Shown piece after piece: positions 13,326 to 26,965 of a stretch of DNA of 64,000 bases (its first letter is position 1; each line of letters begins with the position of its first letter). Below the pieces are notes generated by a model. That model was not told the origin of the DNA. It did no database searches and was given only the letters and a program-made list of their open reading frames with translations. The position numbers and the translations under genes were made by a program. Origin of the DNA: Anthoceros angustus (taxonomy: Eukaryota; Plantae; Anthocerotophyta); contig VJWM01000134.1 in the NCBI GenBank assembly GCA_010909165.1, positions 620,001-684,000 on the forward strand, read 5' to 3'.

Positions 13326-14190
13326 AGTATCACGGAACAGAGGAATGTGGCATTTTGGCTGGCCCTATGATCCCTCTGGCTGCTGCTGAACAATTTCAAT
13401 TCCGGATGACGACTGGTGGATCGTCATTTTCCGGAGAGAGCAATGCCGGAGGGAGCAATTCCTCTTGTTTCGCTTGCAATCCGTCATTCCATGGAAAGTT
13501 TCGACAGTTTACTGTAAGACCGAAGGTAATAAAATGCGCTGGCCAGGATGTCCCCTGAACTCCTCCCGTAGCTCTCGTACAAGGTTTTCTTCTCGAGATC
13601 GTCAAATTAACTGTCTACCTGGTAGGTAGAAACAAGTACCTATCCTTGCACAAAAACTCAAGATACATGACATGCAACACATTTGTTGTCACCTCAGAGC
13701 CTGTAAAGACCATTTGTAGAAGCATGCTGGGATCTTCCAAACGCCGTCGGAGCAGCATCTGTGAATGCACGCTGTGACCTTTCGCTTGACTAGACTTCTG
13801 TGGCTTTCAAGCAAAGGATTTCCGTCATCTACCGGAGGCCACTTCAAACGCGGCGTGCGGGGTCCTAGATTTTTCCAGGTTTTCCCACTACCCACGGGCC
13901 TTTACTTTGTCATTGCTTAGGGTTTCTCGCTTCTTCACGTCTTACATGGAGAGAGATTTAATTTAGTGTTAGGACAAGCTTTATTGGGGGAAGGATGTTA
14001 TAGGCAGGTACACTGCAATGCTGCAAATGCTCCCAGTCGGCCAAAGTCCCCTGGTTGCATCAGCTTTGGGGATATCAACCCACATTTCAGGTGACAAAAC
14101 TCAGTCGTCCTACAATCCCTCACAGGTGAACCACAGAGGCTCCAAGCAAGACGCCCTCCATGAAACATGACAAAAAGACAAGCCTTAATA

Positions 14191-14906
14191 CAGTCAGACC
14201 CCTCTAATTGGGAACAATTGGGAGTAGCAAAAATCGTCCCATTTAGAGGGGTTCCCGTTTAGGCATTTTCATCTTTTTGAAAATAAAAATATTTAAAAAT
14301 CAAAAATCCTTTAAATCAAACATTTGAAAGAGCTTAAAAGCTTCCAAAAAATCAAAAAAAATCAAAAAAATCCAAAAAATCCAAAATGCTTCCTCATACT
14401 ATAGCCGCCAACCTAATTCTAGTTTGCGGGTTAAAATAATCATCAATCTTGATTGATGCCGAGTTGCTTTCATCCAACCGAGAATGCAACTTCAAAGCAT
14501 CAAGAGTGTTATGTGGCATCCGTTCCCAAAACATCTTCGCTATCCTCATAGCATTATCTACGATCCTTTGTCGACGCGGTCTTGGCGCTATGGTCTCCAC
14601 CGACGTCAGATTATTCTCCTCACCCTCCTCATTGACAAAGCGGAGGGATTAATGCTTGCCATATTTGGTCCTCTGTAGGAATATACGTAATCTCGATAAG
14701 ACGATTTCCTCAATTTTTATTTTTTAAAATATGTATTTTCCCTTTTACAGAGGTGTACTTGCATTGAATGTTTGGGAGACATGTTCCCATTTACAAATTA
14801 GAGGGGTTTCCCATTTAGCATGTAGCACATTCAAGGGAGTAAGCCCGAGCGTCCCATTTAAAGGGGGTTCCCATTTATAGGGGTCCCAATTAGAGGGGTT
14901 TGACTG
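14191..14906 (-). mobile_element. Non-autonomous pogo/Tc1-mariner-type element (MITE)
   Basis: TIRs CAGTCAGACCCCTCTAATTGGGA / reverse complement CAGTCAAACCCCTCTAATTGGGA, TA on both sides, subterminal CCCATTTAGAGGGG repeats, internal minus-strand peptide relic ending IKIDDYF. Confidence 0.88.
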
Positions 14907-15688
14907 TAAGCATGAGGTCAGCATCATCTGCAAGCTCACCACGACTACGGCAATCACAAACGGCAGAGTCAGATAGTATCGCCTGAAACAAGCCTAACAG
15001 TCCAAACTCACAGTACAAATGTTAACGTTTCATAATATGTACTATCTCCTACGATCACTTCTGGCTGCCAACACCGAGCAATAACACCAAAATCACAGAG
15101 TGCGGGTAGCACCATTAACTACGCCGTGCACTTCACACTTCATGTGAAATGTGAGAGTAGCAAGTACATAGTCTCAAGTTTGCTTCCAATAACATGAATG
15201 AGCTTTCCTGCTGAAACACAGCCGACATTTCTACAAACAGGTACACTCAATGGTACATTCCACTCTTTGGTGCACGAAGCAGCGGCGGTTACATACCGCG
15301 CCTGCGTCTCAATCTCCGAAGCAATCAATGCTTCGCGCGTGTGAAATCTGGCGTGGCATGCCATGCCTCGCCCATCACGATTCTCTCTCATCGTGGTATA
15401 CTTTAAACGCAACACCATCTACCGGTCCATACAGGATGTCACTGCCGTATTTTGCCCAGCACGGCACAACCCCAGTATGCGCACCCATCACAATGAGGTT
15501 GTGATTTAAACCAACCATGCTTGATTTTAGAACCGTGCGCGAGAGTATGAACTGAGCGCGGGGTGTCTCAAACTAACCATCCTTAAGACAAACAGATTAA
15601 CCTAAACCAAGCATTATGGCCGCCAAGCGTGCTCCGTCCATGGAGTGCCCGGTGAAGGTGCAATTTCGAGGCTTGGTCAATTTACGCA

Positions 15689-18600
15689 ATAATCTAACTT
15701 GGCGAGGTTGAAGGATTTGAAGATTGCCTACATTCCATGGAATAGAGTAGAAGATTTCATTTACGGTGAAGGCTTCAAATGTGCTGCAAGTTTCTATCGG
15801 AAGGATTCAAAGACTCAAAATTCACTACCACCACCAATTGTGCCATCCTTAGACACGCAATCACATATATCGTTCTCGCAACTTCCAAGTTCTCTACACT
15901 AATTTCCCGACCATTTGGGTTTCTGGCTTGGTGGCCTCTGTCCATGTGCTTTCTTTGCCTTAAGTTGAAGCCAAATCTTGGTATTTCGTGTGTTTCTATG
16001 TAGGTATTGGTGTTCATATGGACGGAGGATTTCATTGCTACCACACCCAAGAATGTGCGCATGAAGACCGGATGTATGGCCAATTTTGTTGTGAAGCGAT
16101 TGCGCTTATTCCACAAGTTGCTCAAATCCTTCTTCATGAAGGCGCCGTAGATCGGCGGTGATATCATCATGGTCCGCAGTATGGGACACCCTAAATTGTC
16201 TAGAGCTCCTTGGATCTCGAAGAGAAAAGGATTGGGTTAAACATTGTCTTTATTGCAAGGTTTACGTAGGAGATTATCGTCGGCATGTTGCGGTTGTGTG
16301 AGAAGATGAGTCACTACATAGGACATGAGCGTGGTGGTGACGTCGAGATGACTACATGCGGCGCAAGGATGTGTTGAACATGAAGCGACAAGTGGAAGCG
16401 GGTGAGTGGAAACTAGACCACGATGATGTAAAGTCCGAGATGTGGCTCAAAGTGAATCTTGACCTTATCTTCCATAGATCGAACTCGTGAACCTTTTGTT
16501 TTAGGGTTGCAAACTCCTTTCATGCGGATGTTCATCAAGCATGGTAACAATAGTGTTTTAGCCATGGGCCACATTTGGTATGAACAAGTATAGGTACCAC
16601 TTATTTACGGTGATGGTTTTGATCAACACCTTAATGGTATTCCGTTGCTTGGGCACTAACACGAGGCTACTATACTTTCTTTGGTATCATGGTTGGCGCC
16701 ACTCCGACATGTCGCTCTTACAACATGTGCAACATGGGTCCCTAGTTGCTTCCTAGTTGATGATTGTTTAGCGAGATAGGTGCCTTTAAGCGGTATGGGG
16801 GCCAACATACATGTTGTGTTGTGTCTATGGCATGTAAGGAAGGCATGGCGTGAACCTTTTAAAGAAGGTAAAGTGCATTATTGCAAGGAAGAAGATTTGG
16901 GCAGCTCTTGCGGAGATCATGTATGTCAGAGGCCATAATACGCAAGATGGTATTGTCGCATGGGGTAAGGTATTGTTAGAGTTCTTCTACAAGGAGTGGC
17001 ATGGAAGTCAACCACCTTTGTTGAGTATTTCAAGAAGCAAGGGTGACTCTATAGGTATTATTCTTTGCCCAAAGTGCACTAGTTTCGGGTAAGGGTTGCT
17101 TGAATGGATGTTTACATGGTGTCGGTGTGTGTAATAATGTTTCGCATTTCTTTATGCGGACATGTGGTTGAAGAACCGCAGGATGTTTCCCCACGGACAA
17201 GATACCACCGCTCCGGAGGCCTTTCATCGATTCTTGAAGGAAAGAGTATCTTTTACCAAGGCTGCTGTGAAGGCGTATGGATTGGCTTCTTCATCAACTT
17301 GTGAACGAGGTAGCATTATTACGGTACCTTGATTTCACCAAGACCGGGGTTATGTCAATTTAAAACTCGAGAAGGTATATGAGCATGTTTTGTCCATGAG
17401 CACCATCCCAGACGAGGTTGTCATATTCCCGTCTGTAGTTGGGTCTACTGTTGCATATTGCATGTCCTCTGAGGATAGTGACAAGGTTTACGTCATTGAG
17501 GCTGCACATTCTCCATGGGCATTTTGTACTTGTGGGATGGCGCAGAAAGGATTCATTTGCAAACATGTTGTGGACTACGGACTTCCCTTGGGGGTTAGAA
17601 AATAGGTAGGGTTTTGTTTTTTTGTAGGAGTGAAGGATAAAATGAGGCGAAAAAGGGGAAATAAGCATGGATAGCACTCGGACGGCACTCGGAGTATACT
17701 CCGACCGGAGTGAGGAACGCATCACCTATGGTAGGCGCCACGAACGGGTAAGTCCGGACCCACTCCAGACCAAAATAGATACGCCAGTGAAAGTAACTTA
17801 GAAGTTGAAGGATGACGACCAGGCGACGCCACGTGACGACCCCGAGTGGAGGACGGCATGCATGGGTCAGACCGTAACCTTGCGAGGCCGTTATAGCAGT
17901 ATTCACGCGCGGGCGAGGCCGAGCACGCGCGAGTAAGGCCGAGTACGCTCAGAGGGGCCGAGTGCCATGCACCGCCACGGATGGAAGAGGCGCCCCGCCG
18001 CCCACATTCTGGCGTCAGAAGGTCATTGCTGCACCGAGACACCGATCTCGCGCCCGCACCGCCTCCGGGCGTATCTCGTGGACACTGACGCCTGCCGCTC
18101 ACCGCTGAGGCTCTGAGAACGCGCAAGAGGCAACGCTGCCAGCCTCCGGCAAGCTGCCAAAGAACCAAGGGAGAAGAAGGCGATGGCACCCAAAAGCCCG
18201 CGGAAGTTTGGGAGCCATGGAACCTTGTGGAGCGCAACATTGTGACCCGCGCTATCCGGACTTTGGGCTCGCCCGTGAAGCGGAGAATTGGTGGAGTGGC
18301 ATTTGGACGTGTTCCAAATGGTCCGACATTTGACAAGGTCACTGTCCGGAGTTTGCCCAAGATGCCGGGCGCGGTCAAGGAGGTGCGGTCCAAGAACCTC
18401 CGAGGACCCAAGGCGATGGACCTTGAGGTCCCAAGGCGCCTACAACCGCCCCAAGGAGGAAGAGGGGAGGGTGCCGAGCCCTCAAGGCTAAGGGGAAGAT
18501 AGGACCAGCTGCCAGCATGCTAAGGCTCGACGCAACGACCACCAACGGTTGGTCGATATCCAGCTGACAATGAGTCGTGGCCCGGATCATCGCCCATCGA

Positions 18601-21599
18601 ACCTACTCACCAAGGTGGATCACCTTGGTGATAATCTAACTTGGGGTTTGAAGGATTTGAAGATTGCCTACATTCCATGGAATAGAGTAGAAGATTTCAT
18701 TTACGGTGAAGGCTTCAAATGTGCTGCAAGTTTCTATCGGAAGGATTCAAAGACTCAAAATTCACTACCACCACCAATTGTGCCATCCTTAGAACCGCAA
18801 TCACATATATACTTGCAACCAAGTTCTCTACACTAATTTCCCGACCATTTGGGTTTCACGGCTTGGTGGCCTCTGTCCATGTGCTTTCTTTGCCTTAAGT
18901 TGAAGCCAAATCTTGGTATTTCTTTGTCGTGTGTTTCTATGTAGGTATTGGTGTTCATATGGACGGAGGATTTCAGCTACCACCCAAGAATGTGCGCATG
19001 AAGACCGGATGTATGGCCAATTTTGTTGTGAAGCGATTGCGCTTATTCCACAAGTTGCTCAAATCCTTCTTCATGAAGGCGCGTGATCGGCGGTGATATC
19101 ATCATGGTCCGTATGTGGGACACCCTAAATTGTCTAGAGCTCCTTGGATCTCGAAGAGAAAAGGATTGGGTTAAACATTGTCTTTATTGCAAGGTTTACG
19201 TAGGAGATTATCGTCGGCATGTTGCGATTGTGTCTGAGAAGATGAGTCACTACATAGGACATGAGCGTGGTGGTGGCGTTCGATGACTACATGCGGCAAG
19301 GATGTGTTGAACATGAAAGACAAGTGGAAGCGGGTGAGTGGAAACTAGACCACGATGATGTAAAGTCCGAGATGTGGCTCAAAGTGAATCTTGACCTTAT
19401 CTTCCATAGATCGAACACGGTGAACCTTTTGTTTTAGGGTTGCAAACTCCTTTCATGCGGATGTTCATCAAACAATAGTGTTTTAGCCATGGGCCACATT
19501 TGGTATGAACAAGTATAGGTACCACTTATTTACGGTGATGGTTTTGATCAACACCTTAATGGTATTCATTGCAGGCACTAACACGAGGCTACTATACTTT
19601 CTTTGGTATCATGGTTGGCACTCAGGCATGTCGCTCTTACAACATGTGCAACATGGGTCCCTAGTTGCTTCCTAGTTGATGATTGTTTTAGCGAGATAGG
19701 TGCCTTTAAGCGGTATGGGGCCAACATACATGTTGTGTTGTGTCTATGGCATGTAAGGAAGGCTGGCGTGAACCTTTTAAAGAAGGTAAAGTGCATTATT
19801 GCAAGGAAGAAGATTTGGGCAGCTCTTGCGGAGATCATGTATGTCGGAGGCCATAATCGCAAGATGGTATGCATGGGGTAAGGTATTGTTAGAGTTCTTC
19901 TACAAGGAGTGGCATGGAAGTCAACCACCTTTTGTTGAGTATTTCAAGAAGCGATTGGGGTGACTCTATAGGTATTATTCTTTGCCCAAAGTGCACTAGT
20001 TTCTTTGTGCGTAAGGGTTGCTTGAATGGATGTTTACATGGTGTCGGTGTGTGTAATAATGTTTCGCATTTCTTATGCGGACATGTGGTTGAAGAAGCTG
20101 CAGGATGTTTCCCATGGACAAGATACCACATCCGCTGGAGGCCTTTCATCGATTCTTGAAGGAAAGAGTATCTTTTACCAAGGCTGCGTTGCGGAAGGCG
20201 TATGGATTGGCTTCTTCATCAACTTGTGAGCAGGTAGCACGGCATTCTTGGTACCTTGATTTCACCAAGACCGGGGTTATGTCAATTTAAAACTCGAGAA
20301 GGTATATGAGCATGTTTTGTCCATGAGCACCATCGACGAGGTTGTCATATTCCGTCAGAAGTTGGGTCTCTTGTTGCATATTGCATGTCCTCGAGGATAG
20401 TGACAAGGTTTACGTCATTGAGGTGCACATTCTCCATGGGCATTTTGTACTTGTGGGATGGCAGAAAGGATTCATTTGCAAACATGTTGTGGACTACGGA
20501 CTTCCCTTGGGGGTTAGAAATAGGTAGGGTTTTGTTTTTTTGTAGGAGTGAAGGATAAAATGAGGCGAAAAAGGGGGAAATAAGCATGGATAGCACTCCG
20601 GACGGCACTCCGGAGTATACTCCGGACTCCGGAGTGAGGAACGTACCCGGACCTACTATGGTAGGCGCCACGGTAACGGGATAAGTCCGGACCCACTCCA
20701 GACCAGCGCTGAGGCCAGTGAAAGTAACTTAGAAGTTGGGCGTGAGGGCCGGACTAAGCGGCGCCACGTGGGCGACCACAGTGGAGGCGGGCATCTGAGT
20801 CGGGCCGTAACCTTGCGAGGCCGTTATAGCGGTATTCACGCCCCGCTGCGTAAGCAGTCTGTGGCGGCGTAAGGCGATCTGTGGCGGCGTAAGGCGAGTA
20901 AGCCATGCACTCGCCACGGACAGGAAGAGGCGCCCTCCCGCCACTCCCGGGCGTGGTCGCGAAGAAGGTCATTTTGCTGACCTCGAGACAATTCTCGCGA
21001 TCTCTTGCGCTCCATGATCCGGCTCTCTGGCGGTATCTCGTGGGACACTCGGGGCGTCTTGGCGGCTCACCGTTGAGGTCGGGCGAGCCGAGGCGCAACG
21101 CTGCCAGCCTCCAAGCTGCTAAGAACCAAGGGAGAAGGCGATGGCACCCAAAAGCCAGCGGAAGTTTGGGAGCCATGGAACCTTGTGGGCGCAACATTGT
21201 GACCGGCGCTATCCGGACTTTGGGCTCGCTCCGAGGCGGGAGGTGGTGCGGAGTGGCATTTGGATGTGTTCCAAATGGTCCGACATTTGACAAGGTCACT
21301 GTCCGGAGTTTGCGGAAGATCTTGTGGCGGTCAACAAGGAGGTGCGGTCCAAGAACCTCCGAGGACCCAAGGCGATGGACCTTGGAGGTCTGAGGCGGCC
21401 TAACCGCCCAAGGAGGAAGAGGGGAGGGTGCCGAGCCCTCAAGGCGAAGGGAAGATAGGTCCAGCAGCAGCGATGCTAAGGCTCGACGCAACGACCACCA
21501 ACGGTTGGTCGATATCCGACCTGCTGGGGCCGAGTCATGGGCCCGGATCATCGCCCATCGAACCTACTCACCAAGGTGGATCACCTTGGTGATAATCTA
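15689..21599. repeat. Tandem duplication, period about 2942 bp (transposase plus start of LTR insert)
   Basis: 15689-18630 recurs as 18631-21599. Junction on shared ATAATCTA. Confidence 0.88.
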
Positions 21600-24500
21600 T
21601 TAGTGTTCACTTGCAGCGGAGTGGCAAGCGGAGGAAGAAGGCGGGTGAGGAAGGATTATCTTCGCCTTTAGCCAGAAGCTCGCAAGCCTGAGCCGAAGCC
21701 GCCATCTGGCCGCCCCATACCGATCCATGTATGGGGGCATTTGAACTCCTCGGGAAGGAGAGCTTGAGCGAGCGCCCGAAAGGACCGAGGCCCCGCAAGT
21801 GGAGCGGCAAGGGCGCCGGAGGAGGAGGCCGGTCGTCGAAAACCAAGCGGACTCGGGAGGAGGGCGACTGAGGATTCCGACTCCATACGCCCTGAACGGA
21901 CCCCTCACCACCCAGTATGGGAAGCAATTCCGCCTCCCTCCTTCCGTGCCCCAACCGTAAATGCCCACAGAAGCCTGACCCCGCCACGGCCATCACTCCT
22001 ACCGAGGAGCCCCCGACTGTGAGAGAGCAAGAAACGCAAGACCACGGCTACCAACGCTGCACTGGGCCGGCAAGACTCTTCCCCGCCGACGAGTGGCATT
22101 TGGATGTGTTCAAATAGTGCGGACATTTGATGTCACTCTGGTCGGGAGTTTGCGGAAGATCTTGTGGCGGTCAATAAGGAGGTGCGGTCCAAGAACCTCG
22201 GGAGGACCCAAGGCGATGGACCTTGGAGGTCTGAGGCGGCCTACGCCCAAGGAGGAAGAGGGGAGTGGTGCGGGCCCCTCAAGGCGAAGGGAAGATAGGG
22301 CCACCACGGCAGCGATGCTAAGGCACAGGGGCCGCGGACCCTGTGATTGGGCGATGCTCAAACTGTTGGGCCGATCGAGTCGGTGGCGGATCATGTCACT
22401 GGAACCTACTCACCAAGGTGGATCACCTTGGTGATAATCTAATAGTGTTCTGCCGCTGCGGAAGAAGTGAGGAAGGATTATCTTGGCCGGTTTAGCGAGG
22501 CTCATAGCTCGGGGCGAAGCCTTCGCATCATCAGGCATCCCCATACGATCCATGTATGGGGGCATTTGAACTCCTCGGGAAGGAGAGCTTGAGGCGCTCG
22601 GGAAAGGGAGGCCCTCCGAGAAGTGGAGGCGGGCAAGGCGGGAGGGAGGCGGTCGACGAAACCAAGCGGACTCGGGAGGAGGGCGGGGAGGATTCGGACT
22701 CCATCGCTGGGCGGACCCCTCACCACCCAGTATGGGAAGCAATTCCGCCTCCCTCCTTGCAGCAGCAGCAGCCCGATCCAGCGAGCGGCCCCCAGCCCGC
22801 CGCCATCACTCGGTGAGGCCGGACGAGGAGGCGAGCGCAAGACCACGGCTACCAGCGCCAGTCGGTGCAGTACCTCTTCCCTGCAGCGGAGTGGCAAGCG
22901 GAGAAGCGATGGGAGGCGAAAGGGCCAGCGCCGAGGAGGCGAGGACAGCGGCCGCATCGAGCAGTCTGTCGCCCGGCGAGAAGGGCAAAAGGCGTGCTCC
23001 TGACTCCATCACCTCCGCCGAGCCCTGTGGAGGAAAGGGCGAGAAGGAGCTCGCGCCAAAAGGGCCAAGGAGGAAGCTCGAGCCAAAGACTCGTGACCTA
23101 AGGGTCTGATTGGGTCCGGAGAACCCAGTCCGGACTTACTCGGGCTGCGGTATGGAGGTCCTTGACGGACCGTGAGATGCCGGCCCCGCCACGGACTTTG
23201 TGGGAGCCTCACCGGCCGTGGAGGCGGCGGGTCTGGCTACCGTCATGGGCCGGTGGAGGAGGCAGCCTTGGCGGCCTCAAGGGATGGCCGAGAAGGCCTG
23301 TGAGGTGGAAGCCACCCGAGGCGCATGGTGCTCCTCCGGGAGGCGGTTGGAGGAGCCAGGAGGCGAGAAGGAAGGCCAAGCCTCAGGATTGAGGAAGGAA
23401 AACGCCGGAGGCGGAGAGGGAGGTCCGTCCATCCGCAGGCCGGACCAAATTCCTTCACCGAGGAACAAATGAAGGAAGGGAGGCCCAAGCGGGCGGAGGA
23501 CCTCCGCAGTGAGGGGCGAGCGCAAGAAGCGAGGACGCCCGGCGAAGCGAAGGAGGAGGCCGGACTCGGGAGGAGGCCGGAGGCCGGACCCGAGCCAAGG
23601 CGAGAGGCTCGTGAAGGTGGCCAAGGAGGCGGAGGCCACGGCGAGCCGATCGCGATCACTATCGGCGTGATCGGGCCGGTGGAGGAGGCGGCCGTGGAGG
23701 AGGCAGCCAATCGAAGGCCGAGCAAGTGGTCATGGAGCAAGCACGGCCGAGCCGTGAGGAGGCTGGAGGCCGGACCCGGGAGATTGGGGACCTCGAGTGC
23801 AGTGCGGGAGGTAGAAGAGGCGGAGGAGGCGGAGGACAAGGACACCTTGGGTTGCAACTCAAGATGCATCGGAGCGGCGGGGGTTCTCAGAGAATCCAAG
23901 ACTTGACGAGAGGTGGGCCTCCAGCTCCGCTTGAAGACGGAGGAGAATAGGCGGCAAGGAGTTCGGCGTCGCAAGGTTGCGGCGGGATGTGGCGGAAGCC
24001 GAGTCGGACGGGGATACCGCCCGCCTGAGAAGGAAGTGGAGGACCTCGGGAAAGAATAGGCGAAGGAGGAGGAAAGCCTTTGGAGGAAAAGGTACAGCTG
24101 CTCGTCCGGTTGCGAGGCGAGAAGGAAGTGGAGGAGGAAGCTCGGCTCCATGGCCCGCAAATCAAGTGAGCCGAACAACGACGGAGGAGGAGAGCGTCGG
24201 CGGCGAAGGTTGCAAGAGGTAACTGAGGCAGCCTTGGCGGCCTCAAGGAGTCCGCCCGCCTACTACCGAGCTCCTCAAGGCGGCGGCCGTGGACGAGCCA
24301 AGGAGGAAGCGATGGGAGGCGAGGAGGTCTGCGCCACCCTAGGCGGAGGCGGAGGACCTCGGGAAGGAGGAGGAGGAGGCCGGACCCGGAGGAAGGAGGC
24401 GATTCGGCAAGTCGATTCCGACCGCCTACTACCACGCAGAGCCCTCAAGGCTCTGGAGGTCTGCGCCACCCTAGGCGGGAGGTGGACTTCGGAAGGATGG

Positions 24501-26965
24501 AAGGAGGAGGCGAGAGGGCGGACCGGGGGCTGGCCAGGAGTCCTAGGAGCGCCTGCTTGACGACGGCAGCAGCAGCAACAGGAGGAGGAGGAGGAAGGCC
24601 GGAGGAGGAAGGCGCCACACCGAGGTAAGCCCTCGGCACCCTCGCATGGAAGGACGAGGGAGGATCTTGGAGGAAGGGAAAGGTGCAACCGGCATTCGGG
24701 AACCAAGGGAGGCTCGGTGGATGAACCCGTGGCTAGCCGGCGAGGAGGCATGCCCAGAGTTCGAGGGTCCTGACTTTGTCCGGACTCGAGGAAGGCCGGA
24801 CCCGAGGTCCGCCTCAAGGAAGTCCGACTTAGGGATCCAGACTCAGTGACGAGTCCGACCCGAGGTCCGGACCCTGTGGAGGAGGAGGAGGAGGCGGAGG
24901 AGGCCGGAGGACAACAAGGACACCTTGGGTTGCAACTCAAGATGCATCGGAGCAGCAGGGGTTCTCAACGAGAATCCAAGACTTCGAGCGAGAGGTGGAA
25001 CGCCCAGCCCGCTTGAAGACGGAGGAGAATAGGCGGTGCAAGGAGTTCGGCGTCGCAAGGTTGCAGGATGTGGCGGAAGCCGAGTCGGACGGGGATACCG
25101 CCCGCCTGGAGAAGGAAGTGGAGGACCTCCGGAAAGAATAGGCGAAGGAGGAGGAAAGCCTTTGGAGGAAAAGGTACAGCTGCTCGTCCGGCCAGGAAGG
25201 AAGGGAGCTCGGCTCCATGGCCCGCAAAAATGGAGCAACAACGACGGAGGAGGAGAACGCCGAGCAAGCAGCCAAGGTTGCAAGAGGTAACTGAGGCAGC
25301 CTTGACGGCCTCAAGGGAGTCCGCCCGCCACACCGTAAGCTTGGCCACGAGACAAAGCCAGGCGGGCGATCCGCCTGCCACGAGCACCTGAGGAGGGAGT
25401 ACCGTGCCCGGCTCATGTGGAGGAGGCGATTCAAGAAGTCGATTCCGACCGCCTACTACCACGCAGAGCTCCTCAAGGCTGGAGGTCCCGCGCCACCCCA
25501 GGCAGTCCGGTCCCAGGGCCGGACTCGAGGCCGGACCCGGAGGAAGGCCGGACCCGGAGGAAGGCCGGACCCGGGACGACAACCGCTGGAGTCCTAGGAG
25601 CGCCTGCTTGACGACGGCAGCAGCAGCAAGGAGGCACCGGAGGAAGGCCGGACCCGGAGGAAGGGCGCCACACCGAGGTAAGTTTCTGCACCTCGCATGG
25701 AAGGACGAGGGAGGATCTTGGAGGAAGGGAAAGGGTGCAGCCGGGCATTCGGGAACCAAGGGAGGCTCGTGGATGAACCCGTGGCTAGCCCGGCGAGGAG
25801 GCATGCCGAGGCGAGGTCGGACTTTGTCCGGACTCAGAAAGGCGGATCCGGTCCGGCCCCAATCTGGACTTAGGGATCCAGACTCAGTGACGAGTCCGAC
25901 CCGAGGTCCGGACCCGAGGAAGGGTTGGGTCAGGCCGGACCTAGAGGTCCGGACCCGGAGGAAGGCCGGACTCGAGGCCGGACCTAGAGGTCCGGACTCG
26001 AGTCGAGGCAGTCACGAGGTCCAAACTCGGGAGTGGGGAGAGCCACCACACCAACCCCAGCAGATCCAACCTTGAGGGCCCATCGCGCAGGGCCCGCCAG
26101 AGAGAGAAGAGGGAGGCGAGGAAGACTTGGTGGTGATCTGTCGCCGCCACCGGTGGCGCAGGCTGCACCCTGAAGAGGAAGGGTCCGCCTCGCGGATCAT
26201 CCGATTGGCGCCTGCACCGATGTGGCGCTTTGGGCCGTGCCAAGAAGGAATGAGGGGCCATCCGGCCCTGCGGCGATAGGCGGAATAGGCGGTAGTAGGC
26301 GGTGGTTAGGCACACCGAAATGGCCTCACCGTAATAGAGGTGTAATAAAGGCGCCGACCTTGGCGTAGTATAAGAGGGCTAAGGCCTCAATAAATCATCT
26401 TTCTCTTGGTGTTGATGCCGCTCTGCGCACCTTTGTGTGTCTTCTTGCTAACGTGAGTCCCGAGTCACCGAAAGGTGCACGCCCGGGAGATTGATCGTGG
26501 TCCCGTGACGACCTAACGTGTTGTGGTGTGTGCGGGGAAGGGTGATCGTGACCCGTGCTCGCCGAGCCGCGCCCAAAGACCGAACGGATCGAACGGTGAG
26601 CCGGAGGAACTCGGGAGGCGTCTGAGCCGGACGGAGAGGCCCGGAGCAGCGGAGGAGGTCCGGACTGTAACCCGCGCCTTTTTCTAAGACCGAGAGTGTA
26701 GCGTGAGGGAGAGAGGAAAGGACCGATGTGTGAGTGGCGAATGTGAACGATACGACGCGAACGGTCCTAAACGCTTGGCCATACCGGCCTCAGACGGTGA
26801 ACGCTGAGTAGTTAGGAGTATGTGTGCGTTGAGACCTAACGAGCGCGGTAGGAATCACCTGAAACGCGGAAAACGGAGCCTATCATTCCCTTGGGAACGG
26901 ACTTCTTCCTACAACGACACGGGATTGTGCGCGCCCGGCTGGCCATCAGCGAAAGTCGCGCCACA
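20488..26965 (+). mobile_element. About 6.5-kb GC-rich insertion with LTR-type ends, probably a giant solo LTR (partial duplicate at 17569-18630)
   Basis: Starts TGTGG and ends CCACA. 5-bp TSD CATGT at 20483-20487 and 26966-26970. No terminal direct repeats and no gag/pol motifs seen. TATAA at about 26369 and AATAAA at about 26344 and 26389. Confidence 0.8.
22900..25900 (+). pseudogene. Frameshifted Glu/Arg-rich coiled-coil ORF inside the solo-LTR-like insert (internally duplicated, about 23810-24880 and 24881-25920)
   Basis: Fragments such as RIQD..REVER..RLKTEENRR, RLEKEVEDLRKE, LEEKVQLLVR and EEAIQEVDSDRLL. Strong purine bias on +. Confidence 0.45.

Noticed and set aside
20700-26400. Many long overlapping ORFs on both strands as separate genes
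   Set aside because: Explained by high GC and low complexity within the insert; no recognisable domains.
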